Below, one piece after another: positions 46,779 through 56,430 of a stretch of DNA of 63,456 nucleotides. The notes under the pieces were generated by a model. It did not search any database, was not told the origin of the DNA, and saw nothing but the letters and a program-made list of their open reading frames with translations. The position numbers and the translations under genes were made by a program. Origin of the DNA: an uncultured Weeksellaceae bacterium (GTDB taxonomy: Bacteria; Bacteroidota; Bacteroidia; Flavobacteriales; BACL11); the NCBI GenBank assembly GCA_964452095.1, contig CAYVKX010000002.1, positions 1 through 63,456 on the forward strand, read 5' to 3'. How positions within the stretch are numbered: the first letter of the stretch is position 1; every line of letters begins with the position of its first letter.

Positions 46779-47787
46779 CACAAAACAAATATTTGTTGTT
46801 GGAAGCGGCAGAAGTGGCACAACAATGATGGGAAGGATTCTTGGAAATCATTCTGAGATTTTCACTTTTAAAGAAATTCATTTTTTAGGGTGGATGTATT
46901 CTGCAGAAACAATGCATGCCAATTTAAAAAATCAAGAAGCTGTTGAATTATTGTCAGATTTATTTGCAATACAAAAAGACGGAATATTTCTGAAAGAAAA
47001 CCCAAAACAATTTAACAATAAAGCAGAAAGGTATTTAGAGGGGAGGGTAAGCTTAAAAGCAGTAGATATATATGAATTGTTTTTAAAAAAAATAACAGAA
47101 GAAAATAATTGTAGTATTGCTTGCGAGCAAACGCCAAAAAATATTTTTTATATCTCAGAATTATTGAATACTTTCCCTGAGGCTAAGATTGTTCATATGG
47201 TAAGAGATAGTAGAGATGTGTTGCTTTCACAGAAGAATAAATGGAAAAGAAGATTTCTTGGGGCAAGTAAAATTCCTTTAAGAGAAGCAATAAGATCCTA
47301 TATGAATTATCACCCCCTTACTTCAGCAAAGTTTTGGAATTCTGCAGTTTTACATGGTAATAAAATGGAAAATAACGAAAGAGTTTTAAGTGTGAAATTT
47401 GAAGATGTATTGATGCAGCCAGAGAAAAAAATAAAAGAAATTTGCAAATTTACAGGTATAGATTTTGAGAACAGAATGTTAGCTGTTCCTAATATAGGCT
47501 CTTCTACACAAGCGGATAATAAGAGCGAATTAAAGATTGATAAATCAAAAATTAATAAATGGGAAAAGGGAGGATTGAATAATGCAGAGATTTTTTTATC
47601 TCAACTTATTAGTAAGAAAATGATGAATGCTTATAACTATCCTTTGAAGAAATTTTTTGTACCTTCCATCTATGTTGTGTTTTATCTTTTGTCATTTCCA
47701 ATAAAAACTGGAATTGCATTATTATTAAATTTAAAAAGAATTGGCAATATTTCAGAGATGATAAAACAAAGATTCATAGCAAAATGA
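46771..47787 (+). CDS. PAPS-dependent sulfotransferase (Sulfotransfer_3-like) with a C-terminal hydrophobic anchor
   Basis: FVVGSGRSGTTMMG, HMVRDSRDVLLSQ, and C-terminal FFVPSIYVVFYLLSFPIKTGIALLL. Confidence 0.75.
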   Translation: MNSTKQIFVVGSGRSGTTMMGRILGNHSEIFTFKEIHFLGWMYSAETMHANLKNQEAVELLSDLFAIQKDGIFLKENPKQFNNKAERYLEGRVSLKAVDIYELFLKKITEENNCSIACEQTPKNIFYISELLNTFPEAKIVHMVRDSRDVLLSQKNKWKRRFLGASKIPLREAIRSYMNYHPLTSAKFWNSAVLHGNKMENNERVLSVKFEDVLMQPEKKIKEICKFTGIDFENRMLAVPNIGSSTQADNKSELKIDKSKINKWEKGGLNNAEIFLSQLISKKMMNAYNYPLKKFFVPSIYVVFYLLSFPIKTGIALLLNLKRIGNISEMIKQRFIAK

Positions 47788-48650
47788 AAGTAGATTTTTT
47801 TATAGTAGGAGCACCAAAAGCAGGAACCACTTCTTTATATCATTACTTAAATGAGCATCCTAAAATTGTGATGAGCACACAAAAAGAAACAGATTTCTTT
47901 TCAGATGAATCTCTTCAAAAACAAGCAATGTATTATGGAAAAAATAGAATAAATACCATTGAAAAATACCATGCTCTTTTTCAAAATACAGAGAAGGAAG
48001 TACTTGGTGAGGCAAGCGTTTCCTATCTTTTTTATGATGATGTCCCAAAAAAAATAAAAATATATAATCCAAATGGAAAGATTATTATCCTGCTTAGAAA
48101 CCCTATAGATAGAGCTTTTTCTCATTACTTGATGGATTATCGATTGGGGTTGGTTAGCCAAAGTTTTGATGAAATTGTAGGAGCAAAAAATAAAGATGAA
48201 AAAACAAAATTATTTTATCAACAGTATATCGAATTGGGAATGTATTATCAACAAGTAAAAAGATATTTGGATGTTTTTGGAAAAGAAAATATTTGCATTT
48301 TATTTTATCAGGATTTTAAGCAAGATGGTGCAAAGGAAGTTAAAAACATTTATCAGTTTTTAGGAGTAGAAAGTAATTTTGAGGCAGAAGTAGGAAAAAA
48401 ACACAACACATTTAGTATGCCAAAAAATGCTATTGTCCGAAAAATTTATTCTGTGGTTTGGCTTAGGAAATTATTGAATAAATTTATTCCAAGCAGTATA
48501 ATAAAAACAATAAAAACTACTCTTTTTAGAAAAGATAAAAAACCAAAATTATCAGAAGAAAGTAGGTTGGAATTATATGCAGTGTTTAATGAAGATGTTA
48601 AGCAATTAGAGGAGCTTCTTGCAAAAGATTTATCGAGATGGAGAAAATAG
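47784..48650 (+). CDS. PAPS-dependent sulfotransferase (Sulfotransfer_1-like), third paralog
   Basis: FFIVGAPKAGTTSL, KETDFF, ILLRNPIDRAFSHY. ATGA overlap with the upstream gene. Confidence 0.8.
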   Translation: MKVDFFIVGAPKAGTTSLYHYLNEHPKIVMSTQKETDFFSDESLQKQAMYYGKNRINTIEKYHALFQNTEKEVLGEASVSYLFYDDVPKKIKIYNPNGKIIILLRNPIDRAFSHYLMDYRLGLVSQSFDEIVGAKNKDEKTKLFYQQYIELGMYYQQVKRYLDVFGKENICILFYQDFKQDGAKEVKNIYQFLGVESNFEAEVGKKHNTFSMPKNAIVRKIYSVVWLRKLLNKFIPSSIIKTIKTTLFRKDKKPKLSEESRLELYAVFNEDVKQLEELLAKDLSRWRK

Positions 48651-49546
48651 GATTAGTAACAATTACATATAATTCTGCTGATGTATTAAAACCATTTTTG
48701 GATTGTGTTTTTGCACAAACTCATGATAATTTGATGCTGTATGTAATTGATAATTCCTCCACCGATTCCACTTTATCTATTTTAGAAAATCAAGCAGATA
48801 AAAGATTATACATCATCAAAAACGAAAATAATCTTGGAGTTGCAAAAGGGAATAATCAAGGGATAAAAAAAGCAATTTTTGATGGGGTGGATCAATTACT
48901 TATTATAAATAATGATGTGGAATTTGAAGCAACTTTAATTGAGAAATTATTAAAAGTTCAGCAAGAAAAAAAGTGCAGTTTGGTAACGCCAAAAATGATG
49001 TATTTTGATAATCCGAATAACTTTTGGTATGCAGGAAGTTGGTTTATAAAAAGTAAAGGATATTTGCCTTTGCACAGAGGGATGAAAGAAATAGATAATG
49101 GGCAATATGATAAAATTCAGGAGGTAGAATACGCCCCAACTTGTTGTCTTTTAGCTAAAAAGGAAATTTTTGAAGATGTTGGGTTTATGGATGAAAAATA
49201 TTTTGTCTATTTTGATGATACCGATTTTTCTTTTAGAATATGGAAAGATGGTAGGCATAAAATGTTTTATGTGCCAAATATTAAGTTTTTTCATAAAGTT
49301 GGGAGTTTAACAAATTCTTTCCAGAAAGAAAATAAGAAAACTTATAGAGGGGATTTCTTTATCAAGCAAACTACAAAAAACCATGTTTATTTTCTAAAGA
49401 AAATAGGAGGATTATTTGCTAATCTTTTTATTTTTTGGTTGTTTTTTAAAAACAATATAAGGTTTGTAGTTAATCCTCAAATAAAAAAGAATTTTGCAAC
49501 ATGGTGGCTCATAAATAAATCTTATTTTCAAGGGTTGTTTTTATAA
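48638..49546 (+). CDS. Family 2 glycosyltransferase (rhamnosyltransferase-like)
   Basis: LVTITYNS, VIDNSSTD, NLGVAKGNNQG, DxD-type FDDTDF. Confidence 0.8.
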   Translation: MEKIGLVTITYNSADVLKPFLDCVFAQTHDNLMLYVIDNSSTDSTLSILENQADKRLYIIKNENNLGVAKGNNQGIKKAIFDGVDQLLIINNDVEFEATLIEKLLKVQQEKKCSLVTPKMMYFDNPNNFWYAGSWFIKSKGYLPLHRGMKEIDNGQYDKIQEVEYAPTCCLLAKKEIFEDVGFMDEKYFVYFDDTDFSFRIWKDGRHKMFYVPNIKFFHKVGSLTNSFQKENKKTYRGDFFIKQTTKNHVYFLKKIGGLFANLFIFWLFFKNNIRFVVNPQIKKNFATWWLINKSYFQGLFL

Positions 49547-50470
49547 CTCCCTTCCAATTGTAAGAGAATCTGTAAAAATTTCCTCAACTATAATTTTACT
49601 TACACTTTCTGTTGTGTGAGTAGGGTCCTTAAAAGAACTTTTATTTTTAGTGATTACATTAGGGAATTCAAAATCGATAACCCTACCAATAGTTGAAATA
49701 TCTTCTTTAAAAATCAACTCTTCTTCTAATAAGTCAAAGTCGGCTACCCTATTTTGATACTCAATATGTGTAGGCATTATTAATATTGTAAGGTTAATCT
49801 TATGCTTATTGCAATAAGCATTAACCTCCTGTAATTGTTTCAAAATCCCTTTAGGATAGACATATTTAGCATACTGATTAAAGGCTTTTTCATCAATAGA
49901 TTTCCTCCATATTAAGTCCTTATTTTTTTTAATTTTTTCTTCTATATTATTAGAAAAATGATACTTTGAAGATAAATAAACAGTTTGTGCAATATTTCTG
50001 TTAAAGAGATAAATTAATGGGTTTTCTAATATTTGTTTTACATCTTGAACCCTATCAGCAAAAGCATATTCATTATACAGATTAAAATGCAATCCAATAA
50101 TCACATTCTTCAATTTTGTATACTCTGTAGTAAGCCAAAATAAGTCAACTATTTCATTCAGTTTTGCAGCATTAGAATATAAAGTATAATACTCATCTCC
50201 AGTCAATAATTTAATATGATCAGTTGGAAGAACTCTTATGCGAGAGTCCCCAATAATCACATTTTCAGTTGGATTATTAATAAATCCAATTGAATTATAT
50301 AATATGGAATTTAATTGCTTTGCAGATTTCTCTTTTGCTTTAGCAGAAATAAAGCTTGAATGATTGAAATAATTGAAAGGATCAACAATCATTACAATGC
50401 AAATCCAAGCAATGATTGGTAATATAAAAACAAAACACTTTTTTAATAATATTTTTACTTCTTTAGTCAT
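49541..50470 (-). CDS. Membrane-anchored SGNH/DltD-like partner of the MBOAT acyltransferase
   Basis: N-terminal TM helix, GDS block VIIGDSRIR, C-terminal D-x-x-H block FKDPTHTT. The start directly abuts the MBOAT stop (TAGATG). Confidence 0.55.
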   Translation of the reverse strand: MTKEVKILLKKCFVFILPIIAWICIVMIVDPFNYFNHSSFISAKAKEKSAKQLNSILYNSIGFINNPTENVIIGDSRIRVLPTDHIKLLTGDEYYTLYSNAAKLNEIVDLFWLTTEYTKLKNVIIGLHFNLYNEYAFADRVQDVKQILENPLIYLFNRNIAQTVYLSSKYHFSNNIEEKIKKNKDLIWRKSIDEKAFNQYAKYVYPKGILKQLQEVNAYCNKHKINLTILIMPTHIEYQNRVADFDLLEEELIFKEDISTIGRVIDFEFPNVITKNKSSFKDPTHTTESVSKIIVEEIFTDSLTIGREL

Positions 50471-51937
50471 CTAAAATTGAAAATAAATAAAATTATTAAC
50501 TCTAGAGTAAGGGGCTAAAAATAAGATGCCAAAAATTAGGATGTAATAGACTAACCATCTTACCCATCTCTTTTTAGATTCTAATTTCACCCATACATCT
50601 CCACTTCTTTCATAAAGATTGTATAATTCCATAAACAGAATTAGCGCAAAATTTATTTTCATATCCATTTTCTGCACCCCCAATCCTCTTAACTTCAATT
50701 GCATTTTTCCAAAATCGGTGTAATCTCCAATATCAGAAAACATATTTCCAATTACATAATATGCATCTGAGATATTGTTTGCTCTAAAGAATATCCAAGC
50801 GAAAACAGCTAATGCAAAAGTAAAGCCAACTTGATATATTTTATGAATGTAAGTGTTGTTTAATTTGAATAAATCAAGAATATATTGTTTAGGTTTTCTT
50901 AGCCCGATAGCCATAATTAAATAAGTTCCATGCAAAGCCCCCCAAGCCAAAAAAGTCCAATTTGCTCCATGCCAAAACCCACTAACAAGGAAAGTAATAA
51001 ACAAATTATAGTACCACCGCCATTTCACCACTCTATTCCCACCAAGAGGAATGTATAAATAATCACGAAACCAAGTAGAAAGCGATATATGCCACCTTTG
51101 CCAAAATTCCGAAATTGATTTGGAGAAATAAGGGCGTTTGAAATTATCCATTAATTCAAACCCCATTACTCTTGCTGAGCCAATTGCGATATCAGAATAT
51201 CCAGAAAAATCGCAATAAATTTGGAAAGTAAAAAATATGGTTGCGATTACTAATGAGAAGCCAGAATAATTATCCAAATTATTATAGACTCCATCTACTA
51301 CAATAGCTAATCTATCTGCAATTACTACTTTTTTAAAGAACCCCCAAAGCATTTGTTGTAAGCCGAATTTGACTCTATCATAGCTGAATTTATGCTCTAC
51401 AAAAAATTGAGGCAAAAGATGGTTTGACCTCTCAATTGGGCCTGCAACTAGTTGAGGGAAAAAGGAAACGTATACCGCAAAAATTCCTAAATGATTTTGT
51501 ACAGGTGTTTTCCCATTATACACATCAATGGTGTAACTTAAGGTTTGAAAAGTGTAAAATGAAATTCCAACAGGGAGCAAAACATCAAATGCAGGAACGC
51601 CATAAAAAACATTAAAATTATCAAATAATGCCTGAACATTCGTGTTTACAAAATTGAAGTATTTAAAGCCAAACAAAATCCCAAGATTAGAAATCAAGCT
51701 AATTAAAAGCCATTTTTTTCTTTTTGCTTTTTCCGTTAATTCTGCCATCTTTTTAGCTACAAAATAATCGATAAGAGTAGAGGCAATTATTAAAACTATA
51801 TACTCCACCTTCCAGCACATATAAAAATAATAGGAAGCTATTAATAATAGAATCCATCTTCTTTTTTGAGGAAGCAAAAAGAATATGCTAACGACTATAG
51901 GGAAGAAAATTAAAAATTGAAGGGAATTAAATAGCAT
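50471..51937 (-). CDS. MBOAT-family O-acyltransferase (AlgI/DltB-like)
   Basis: Polytopic; FWQRWHISLSTWFRDYLYIPLGGNR and the conserved His in SGFWHGANW. Confidence 0.88.
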   Translation of the reverse strand: MLFNSLQFLIFFPIVVSIFFLLPQKRRWILLLIASYYFYMCWKVEYIVLIIASTLIDYFVAKKMAELTEKAKRKKWLLISLISNLGILFGFKYFNFVNTNVQALFDNFNVFYGVPAFDVLLPVGISFYTFQTLSYTIDVYNGKTPVQNHLGIFAVYVSFFPQLVAGPIERSNHLLPQFFVEHKFSYDRVKFGLQQMLWGFFKKVVIADRLAIVVDGVYNNLDNYSGFSLVIATIFFTFQIYCDFSGYSDIAIGSARVMGFELMDNFKRPYFSKSISEFWQRWHISLSTWFRDYLYIPLGGNRVVKWRWYYNLFITFLVSGFWHGANWTFLAWGALHGTYLIMAIGLRKPKQYILDLFKLNNTYIHKIYQVGFTFALAVFAWIFFRANNISDAYYVIGNMFSDIGDYTDFGKMQLKLRGLGVQKMDMKINFALILFMELYNLYERSGDVWVKLESKKRWVRWLVYYILIFGILFLAPYSRVNNFIYFQF

Positions 51938-51986
51938 TAATTACTAGCTTGAATGATAAATTCTTTTTGTTTTTTTGTTATTGCCG

Positions 51987-51994
51987 CAAATATA
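51987..51994 (-). promoter_or_regulatory. -7 box TATATTTG (minus strand) for the MBOAT operon
   Basis: The plus strand reads caaatata, 49 nt upstream of the start at 51937. Confidence 0.4.
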
Positions 51995-52017
51995 TAAATT
52001 GTTTATTGAAAAGGTTT

Positions 52018-52025
52018 TATCTTTG
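52018..52025 (+). promoter_or_regulatory. -7 box TATCTTTG for the GT4-gmhA-gmhB/gmd-wecA unit
   Basis: TAnnTTTG match, 11 nt upstream of the ATG at 52037. Confidence 0.45.
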
Positions 52026-52036
52026 TCTGCTAAATT

Positions 52037-53179
52037 ATGAATAGAAAAGTAGCAATAATTGATCCTCTTGGTAGCTTTGGAAGTTCGCACCATTTTTATT
52101 TATTTGGTCAATCAGAAGGGTTGATAAATTCAGATGTAGAGGTGTGTTTGTACACTAATAAAGAAACAGATAATCCAAACATAAAAGGGTTAAGGTTTTA
52201 TCAATTTTATGGATTCCTTTTTAGTTCAAATAAATTCTTTAGCACTTTAAAGTACATTAAAGGAAGTGCGTTATCCATCTTCCATGCAAAATTTTTTGGT
52301 AGCAAATTTTTTCATTTTCATGTTTTTCGCATGAGAATAAATATGTTGTTTAATCTAATTTTAGTTAAGTTATTGTTTGGGAAAGTAGTTTTAACAGTAC
52401 ATGATGTTGGAGCTTTTGCAAATAATAATGACGCATCATTTTACGCTAAATGGATTTACAAACTTGCTGATTTAGTGCTAACTCATAATGAGTTTAGTAA
52501 AGAGGAAATAATTAAGGTAACACCAATCCCTGAGCAAAAGATTCACATTGTTCCTCATGGAAATTACACGCCATTTATTACTATTCAGAAAGATAAAAAT
52601 CATTCAAGAGCAAAATTAAATTTACCAAAAGACAAAACAATTTTACTCTTCTTTGGTATGATAAAGAAAGTAAAGGGATTAGAAATTTTACTTGAATCTT
52701 TTAAGAAAGTAATCGATAAAAATCCTGATACTATTTTATTGATTGCTGGAAAACCTTGGGAAAATGATTTTTCCTTATATCAGAAAATAATTGATAAAAA
52801 TAAGCTTTCAGAAAATATAATTTTACACACAAAATTTATTCTCCATGAGGATGTAGAACATTATTATTGCGCATCAGATTTAGTGGTTTTGCCTTATAAA
52901 AAGATTTATCAAAGTGGGGTGCTGATCATGACACTCAGTTATGAAAAACCAGCATTAGTATCTGATTTATCACCTCTAAAAGAAATAATTTCTGATAATG
53001 AAAATGGTTTTTTGTTTCAATCAGAAAATGCGAAAGATTTAGCAGAAAAACTAATTAAAATTTTAGCAAATAAAGAGGGCTTAGAAAGAGTCAGATTAAA
53101 AGGAACAGAACTCATAAATACAAAATATGGCTGGGATGAAATTGGCCGACTCACAAAGTTAGCTTATGAAACTCTTTAA
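52037..53179 (+). CDS. Family 4 (GT-B) glycosyltransferase
   Basis: C-terminal E-x7-E-like region YEKPALVSDLSPLKEIISDNENGFLF; about 380 aa. Confidence 0.75.
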   Translation: MNRKVAIIDPLGSFGSSHHFYLFGQSEGLINSDVEVCLYTNKETDNPNIKGLRFYQFYGFLFSSNKFFSTLKYIKGSALSIFHAKFFGSKFFHFHVFRMRINMLFNLILVKLLFGKVVLTVHDVGAFANNNDASFYAKWIYKLADLVLTHNEFSKEEIIKVTPIPEQKIHIVPHGNYTPFITIQKDKNHSRAKLNLPKDKTILLFFGMIKKVKGLEILLESFKKVIDKNPDTILLIAGKPWENDFSLYQKIIDKNKLSENIILHTKFILHEDVEHYYCASDLVVLPYKKIYQSGVLIMTLSYEKPALVSDLSPLKEIISDNENGFLFQSENAKDLAEKLIKILANKEGLERVRLKGTELINTKYGWDEIGRLTKLAYETL

Positions 53180-53206
53180 TTTTGTATTTTAGCAAAAACT
53201 AAAAAC

Positions 53207-53788
53207 ATGAAAAGTAGAATAAATAAATCTATAGCAAGTTCGCTTGAAATTTTTAATAGCATTTTGCAAGATGATAAGTTGCAAAGCAATATTGAGAAAA
53301 TTGCTAAGGAAAGCATCAAAGCTTTTAAGAATGATAAAAAGATGCTTTTTTGTGGAAATGGCGGAAGTGCCTCTGATGCTCAGCATATTGCAGCCGAACT
53401 CAGTGGTAGGTTTTATACTGACCGACCTCCACTTTATGCAGAAGCTTTGCATGTTAATTCCTCCTTTATGACGGCTGTTGCCAATGATTATGGCTATGAA
53501 GAAACTTACGCAAGAATGGTAGAAGCATCTGGTAGAAAAGGGGATGTTTTAGTAGGAATTTCTACTTCTGGGAATTCTCCAAATGTAGTAAAAGCAATGC
53601 AAAAGGCAAAAGATATTGGGATGACAACTGTCGGTTTTACAGGAAATAGTGGAGGGGAAATGAAAGCAATTTGCGATATTATGATTAGGATTCCTTCTGA
53701 TGATACGCCAAGAATTCAAGAAGCACATATTTTAATTGGGCATATTATTTGTCAGCTTATTGAAGAAGAAATATTTCCTAATGCCTGA
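53207..53788 (+). CDS. gmhA: Sedoheptulose-7-phosphate isomerase GmhA (SIS domain)
   Basis: [35 protein letters not shown]. Confidence 0.88.
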   Translation: MKSRINKSIASSLEIFNSILQDDKLQSNIEKIAKESIKAFKNDKKMLFCGNGGSASDAQHIAAELSGRFYTDRPPLYAEALHVNSSFMTAVANDYGYEETYARMVEASGRKGDVLVGISTSGNSPNVVKAMQKAKDIGMTTVGFTGNSGGEMKAICDIMIRIPSDDTPRIQEAHILIGHIICQLIEEEIFPNA

Positions 53789-55358
53789 TTTTGACACACT
53801 TTTCTTAGATAGAGATGGGGTGATAAACAAAAAATTAGAAGGTCGGTATGTCCGAAATTCAGAGGAATTTGAGTTTATGCCAAAAGCCAAACAAGCTATT
53901 GCGGAACTCTCAAAAATATTTAAAAGAATTATTGTTGTAACTAATCAACAAGGAATTGGAAAGGGGATTATGAGTGAAAATGATTTGAATACTCTACATC
54001 AATTTATGATTTTGGAAATAGAAAAATCAAAAGGGAAAATTGATAAAATTTATTTCTGCCCTCATTTAGAAAAAAAGAGATGTAATTGCAGAAAACCAAA
54101 AACGGGAATGATTGAAAAAGCTATTATTGATTTTCCTAAGATAAATACTCAAAATTCTTATTTAGTTGGCGACTCAGATTCTGATATCCAAGCTGGAAAA
54201 GATGCGAAATTAAACACCATAAAAGTAGATAATATCTTCACTTTACATGATTGGGTGCAGCAAATTACGGCCTATAAAAATATTTATGAGTATTTTTACC
54301 CCTCAAAACAAGTAAACATTTCAATGAGGAAGGCAATTATTACAGGTATAACCGGGCAAGATGGTGCGTATTTAGCTCAAATTTTATTAGCTAAAAATTA
54401 TAAAGTTTATGGTGCGTACAGAAGGACTAGTTCCCAAAACTTTTGGAGAATAGAGTATTTAGGAATAAAGGAAAATCCGAACTTAATGCTTATTGAACAC
54501 GATTTGATTGATGCGGCTAGCACCATCAGAATGGTTTCTGAAATCAGGCCTGATGAAATTTATAATTTAGCTGCTCAAAGTTTTGTGCATGTATCATTCG
54601 ATCAGCCATTGGCTACTTCTATGATAACTGGAATTGGTGTTACTCATCTTTTGGAAGCAATCAGAATTATAGATAAAAACATCAAATTTTACCAAGCATC
54701 TACTTCCGAACTTTATGGAAAGGTGCAAGAAGTTCCGCAAAAAGAAACAACTTCTTTTTATCCGAGAAGCCCTTATGGAATAGCAAAACTTTATGCACAT
54801 TGGATGACTCAAAATTACAGAGAATCCTATGGTATTTTTGCTTGTAGCGGCATCCTTTTTAATCATGAATCTCCACTAAGAGGATTGGAATTTGTAACTA
54901 GAAAAATTACAGATGGAGTAGCTAGAATAAATTCTGGAGAAGGAAATTGTATTAAATTAGGCAATTTAGATGCTAGTAGAGATTGGGGATATGCACCAGA
55001 ATTTGTGGAAGGAATGTACAGAATGATGCAACATGATACTGCCGATACTTTTGTTCTAGCAACAAATAAAGCAAGCACTGTAAGACAATTTACAGAAATG
55101 GCTTTTAGTGTTATTGGTACAGAAATAGAATGGGATGGAGTAGGTGTAAAAGAAAAAGGAATTGATAAAAAAACCGGAAAAGTAGTAGTAAAAGTGGATG
55201 AAAAATATTTTCGATTGGCAGAGGTAGATGCTCTCATTGGAAATCCTGCAAAAGCCGAAAAATTACTTGGATGGAAACCTAAAATAACAGTGGAGGAACT
55301 TTGCAAAAAAATGGTAGAATCAGATATTGAAGGATTAAAAAACAACTCAAAAAGATAA
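53781..55358 (+). CDS. Single ORF fusing a GmhB-like HAD phosphatase (53781-~54290) to a GDP-mannose 4,6-dehydratase-like SDR (54324-55358)
   Basis: HAD motifs [42 protein letters not shown], then [46 protein letters not shown]. No stop codon lies between the two parts. The ATG overlaps the gmhA stop (ATGCCTGA). Confidence 0.8.
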   Translation: MPDFDTLFLDRDGVINKKLEGRYVRNSEEFEFMPKAKQAIAELSKIFKRIIVVTNQQGIGKGIMSENDLNTLHQFMILEIEKSKGKIDKIYFCPHLEKKRCNCRKPKTGMIEKAIIDFPKINTQNSYLVGDSDSDIQAGKDAKLNTIKVDNIFTLHDWVQQITAYKNIYEYFYPSKQVNISMRKAIITGITGQDGAYLAQILLAKNYKVYGAYRRTSSQNFWRIEYLGIKENPNLMLIEHDLIDAASTIRMVSEIRPDEIYNLAAQSFVHVSFDQPLATSMITGIGVTHLLEAIRIIDKNIKFYQASTSELYGKVQEVPQKETTSFYPRSPYGIAKLYAHWMTQNYRESYGIFACSGILFNHESPLRGLEFVTRKITDGVARINSGEGNCIKLGNLDASRDWGYAPEFVEGMYRMMQHDTADTFVLATNKASTVRQFTEMAFSVIGTEIEWDGVGVKEKGIDKKTGKVVVKVDEKYFRLAEVDALIGNPAKAEKLLGWKPKITVEELCKKMVESDIEGLKNNSKR

Positions 55359-55365
55359 GCGAAAA

Positions 55366-56430
55366 GTGAATCAAATTATCATAAATATATTTTTTGGTTT
55401 TTTCACATCCTTTCTTATTACTTATTTAATAATACCAAAAATAATTCAGTTTGCTGAAAAAAGGCGACTATACGATAATCCTGGAGTGCGCGCCTCACAT
55501 GAGAAAAGTATTCCCGTTTTTGGAGGGATTGGCATTTTTTCTGGAGTAAGTTTTGCCCTTCTTTTTTGGGGAATTGGCATGGAGGAAATAGGAAATATTC
55601 AGTTTTTGCTTTCAGCAATTATTGTAATATTTTTTGTTGGAATTATTGATGATCTATTATCACTTACCCCAAGTAAGAAAATGATGGGACAAATTATAGC
55701 AATTCTTATAGTTATTTTCTTAGCGGAAGTTAAAATTACGGATATGCATGGAGTATGGGGTGTATTTAATCTCCCTTCTTGGATAGGTTTGCTTTTTACA
55801 ATTTTTACAGTTATTGTAATTACAAATGCTTACAATTTGATTGACGGAATAGATGGTTTGGCAGCTGGAATAGGTATAATAGCAGCCATAACTTTTGGGC
55901 TTCTAGCTTTTTTCGCTTCTCATTTTGAAATGGCAATATTAGCATTTTCGCTAGCTGGAGCTTTGTTTGCATATATCAGATATAATTTTTATCCAGCTAA
56001 AATTTTTATGGGAGATACGGGTTCATTAGTGGTTGGTTTTATTCTTGCAATTTTGGCTATTGACCTCATCAAAACTGGTGTTATTGTTAATGAAATAACC
56101 TTTATAAATAAAGGACCTTTATTAGCAATTTCTATTTTGTCTATTCCACTTTTTGATTCTTTAAGGGTTTTTGTAGTGAGGGTTTTAAAAGGAAAATCTC
56201 CTCTTTATGCCGATAGAAATCATATTCATCATGCACTGCTTGATTTAGGGTTTTCACATAAGCAAACCGCTATAATAATTTATATTGCTAGTATTATTTT
56301 AATACTTATATCCTTACTTATACTAGATATTAATATCAATTACTCGATAAGTATTTTAGCAGTTATTGCTTATAGCACAATGTCCATTCCATTTATTATT
56401 CTTAAAAGAAGAAATAAAAATAATGAATAA
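55366..56430 (+). CDS. wecA: Polyprenyl-phosphate HexNAc-1-phosphate transferase (WecA/MraY family initiating transferase)
   Basis: NAYNLIDGIDGLA, FMGDTGS, polytopic; GTG start. Confidence 0.85.
   Translation: MNQIIINIFFGFFTSFLITYLIIPKIIQFAEKRRLYDNPGVRASHEKSIPVFGGIGIFSGVSFALLFWGIGMEEIGNIQFLLSAIIVIFFVGIIDDLLSLTPSKKMMGQIIAILIVIFLAEVKITDMHGVWGVFNLPSWIGLLFTIFTVIVITNAYNLIDGIDGLAAGIGIIAAITFGLLAFFASHFEMAILAFSLAGALFAYIRYNFYPAKIFMGDTGSLVVGFILAILAIDLIKTGVIVNEITFINKGPLLAISILSIPLFDSLRVFVVRVLKGKSPLYADRNHIHHALLDLGFSHKQTAIIIYIASIILILISLLILDININYSISILAVIAYSTMSIPFIILKRRNKNNE

Noticed and set aside
53189-53471. ORFs 53189-53452 (minus) and 53244-53471 (plus) overlapping gmhA
   Set aside because: The gmhA frame carries the full SIS-domain motifs. 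The alternatives are shorter and have no motifs.
54291-54326. Possibility that gmhB and gmd are two separate genes
   Set aside because: There is no stop codon in frame between the HAD and SDR parts, so the upstream ORF necessarily reads through. Independent initiation at ATG 54324 remains possible and is noted in the finding.
54863-55345. 160-aa minus-strand ORF (and the 90-aa ORF at 54594-54866)
   Set aside because: Both are entirely antisense to the well-supported Gmd-like domain. The composition is low-complexity Ser/Phe-rich, typical of the reverse frame of an AT-rich gene.
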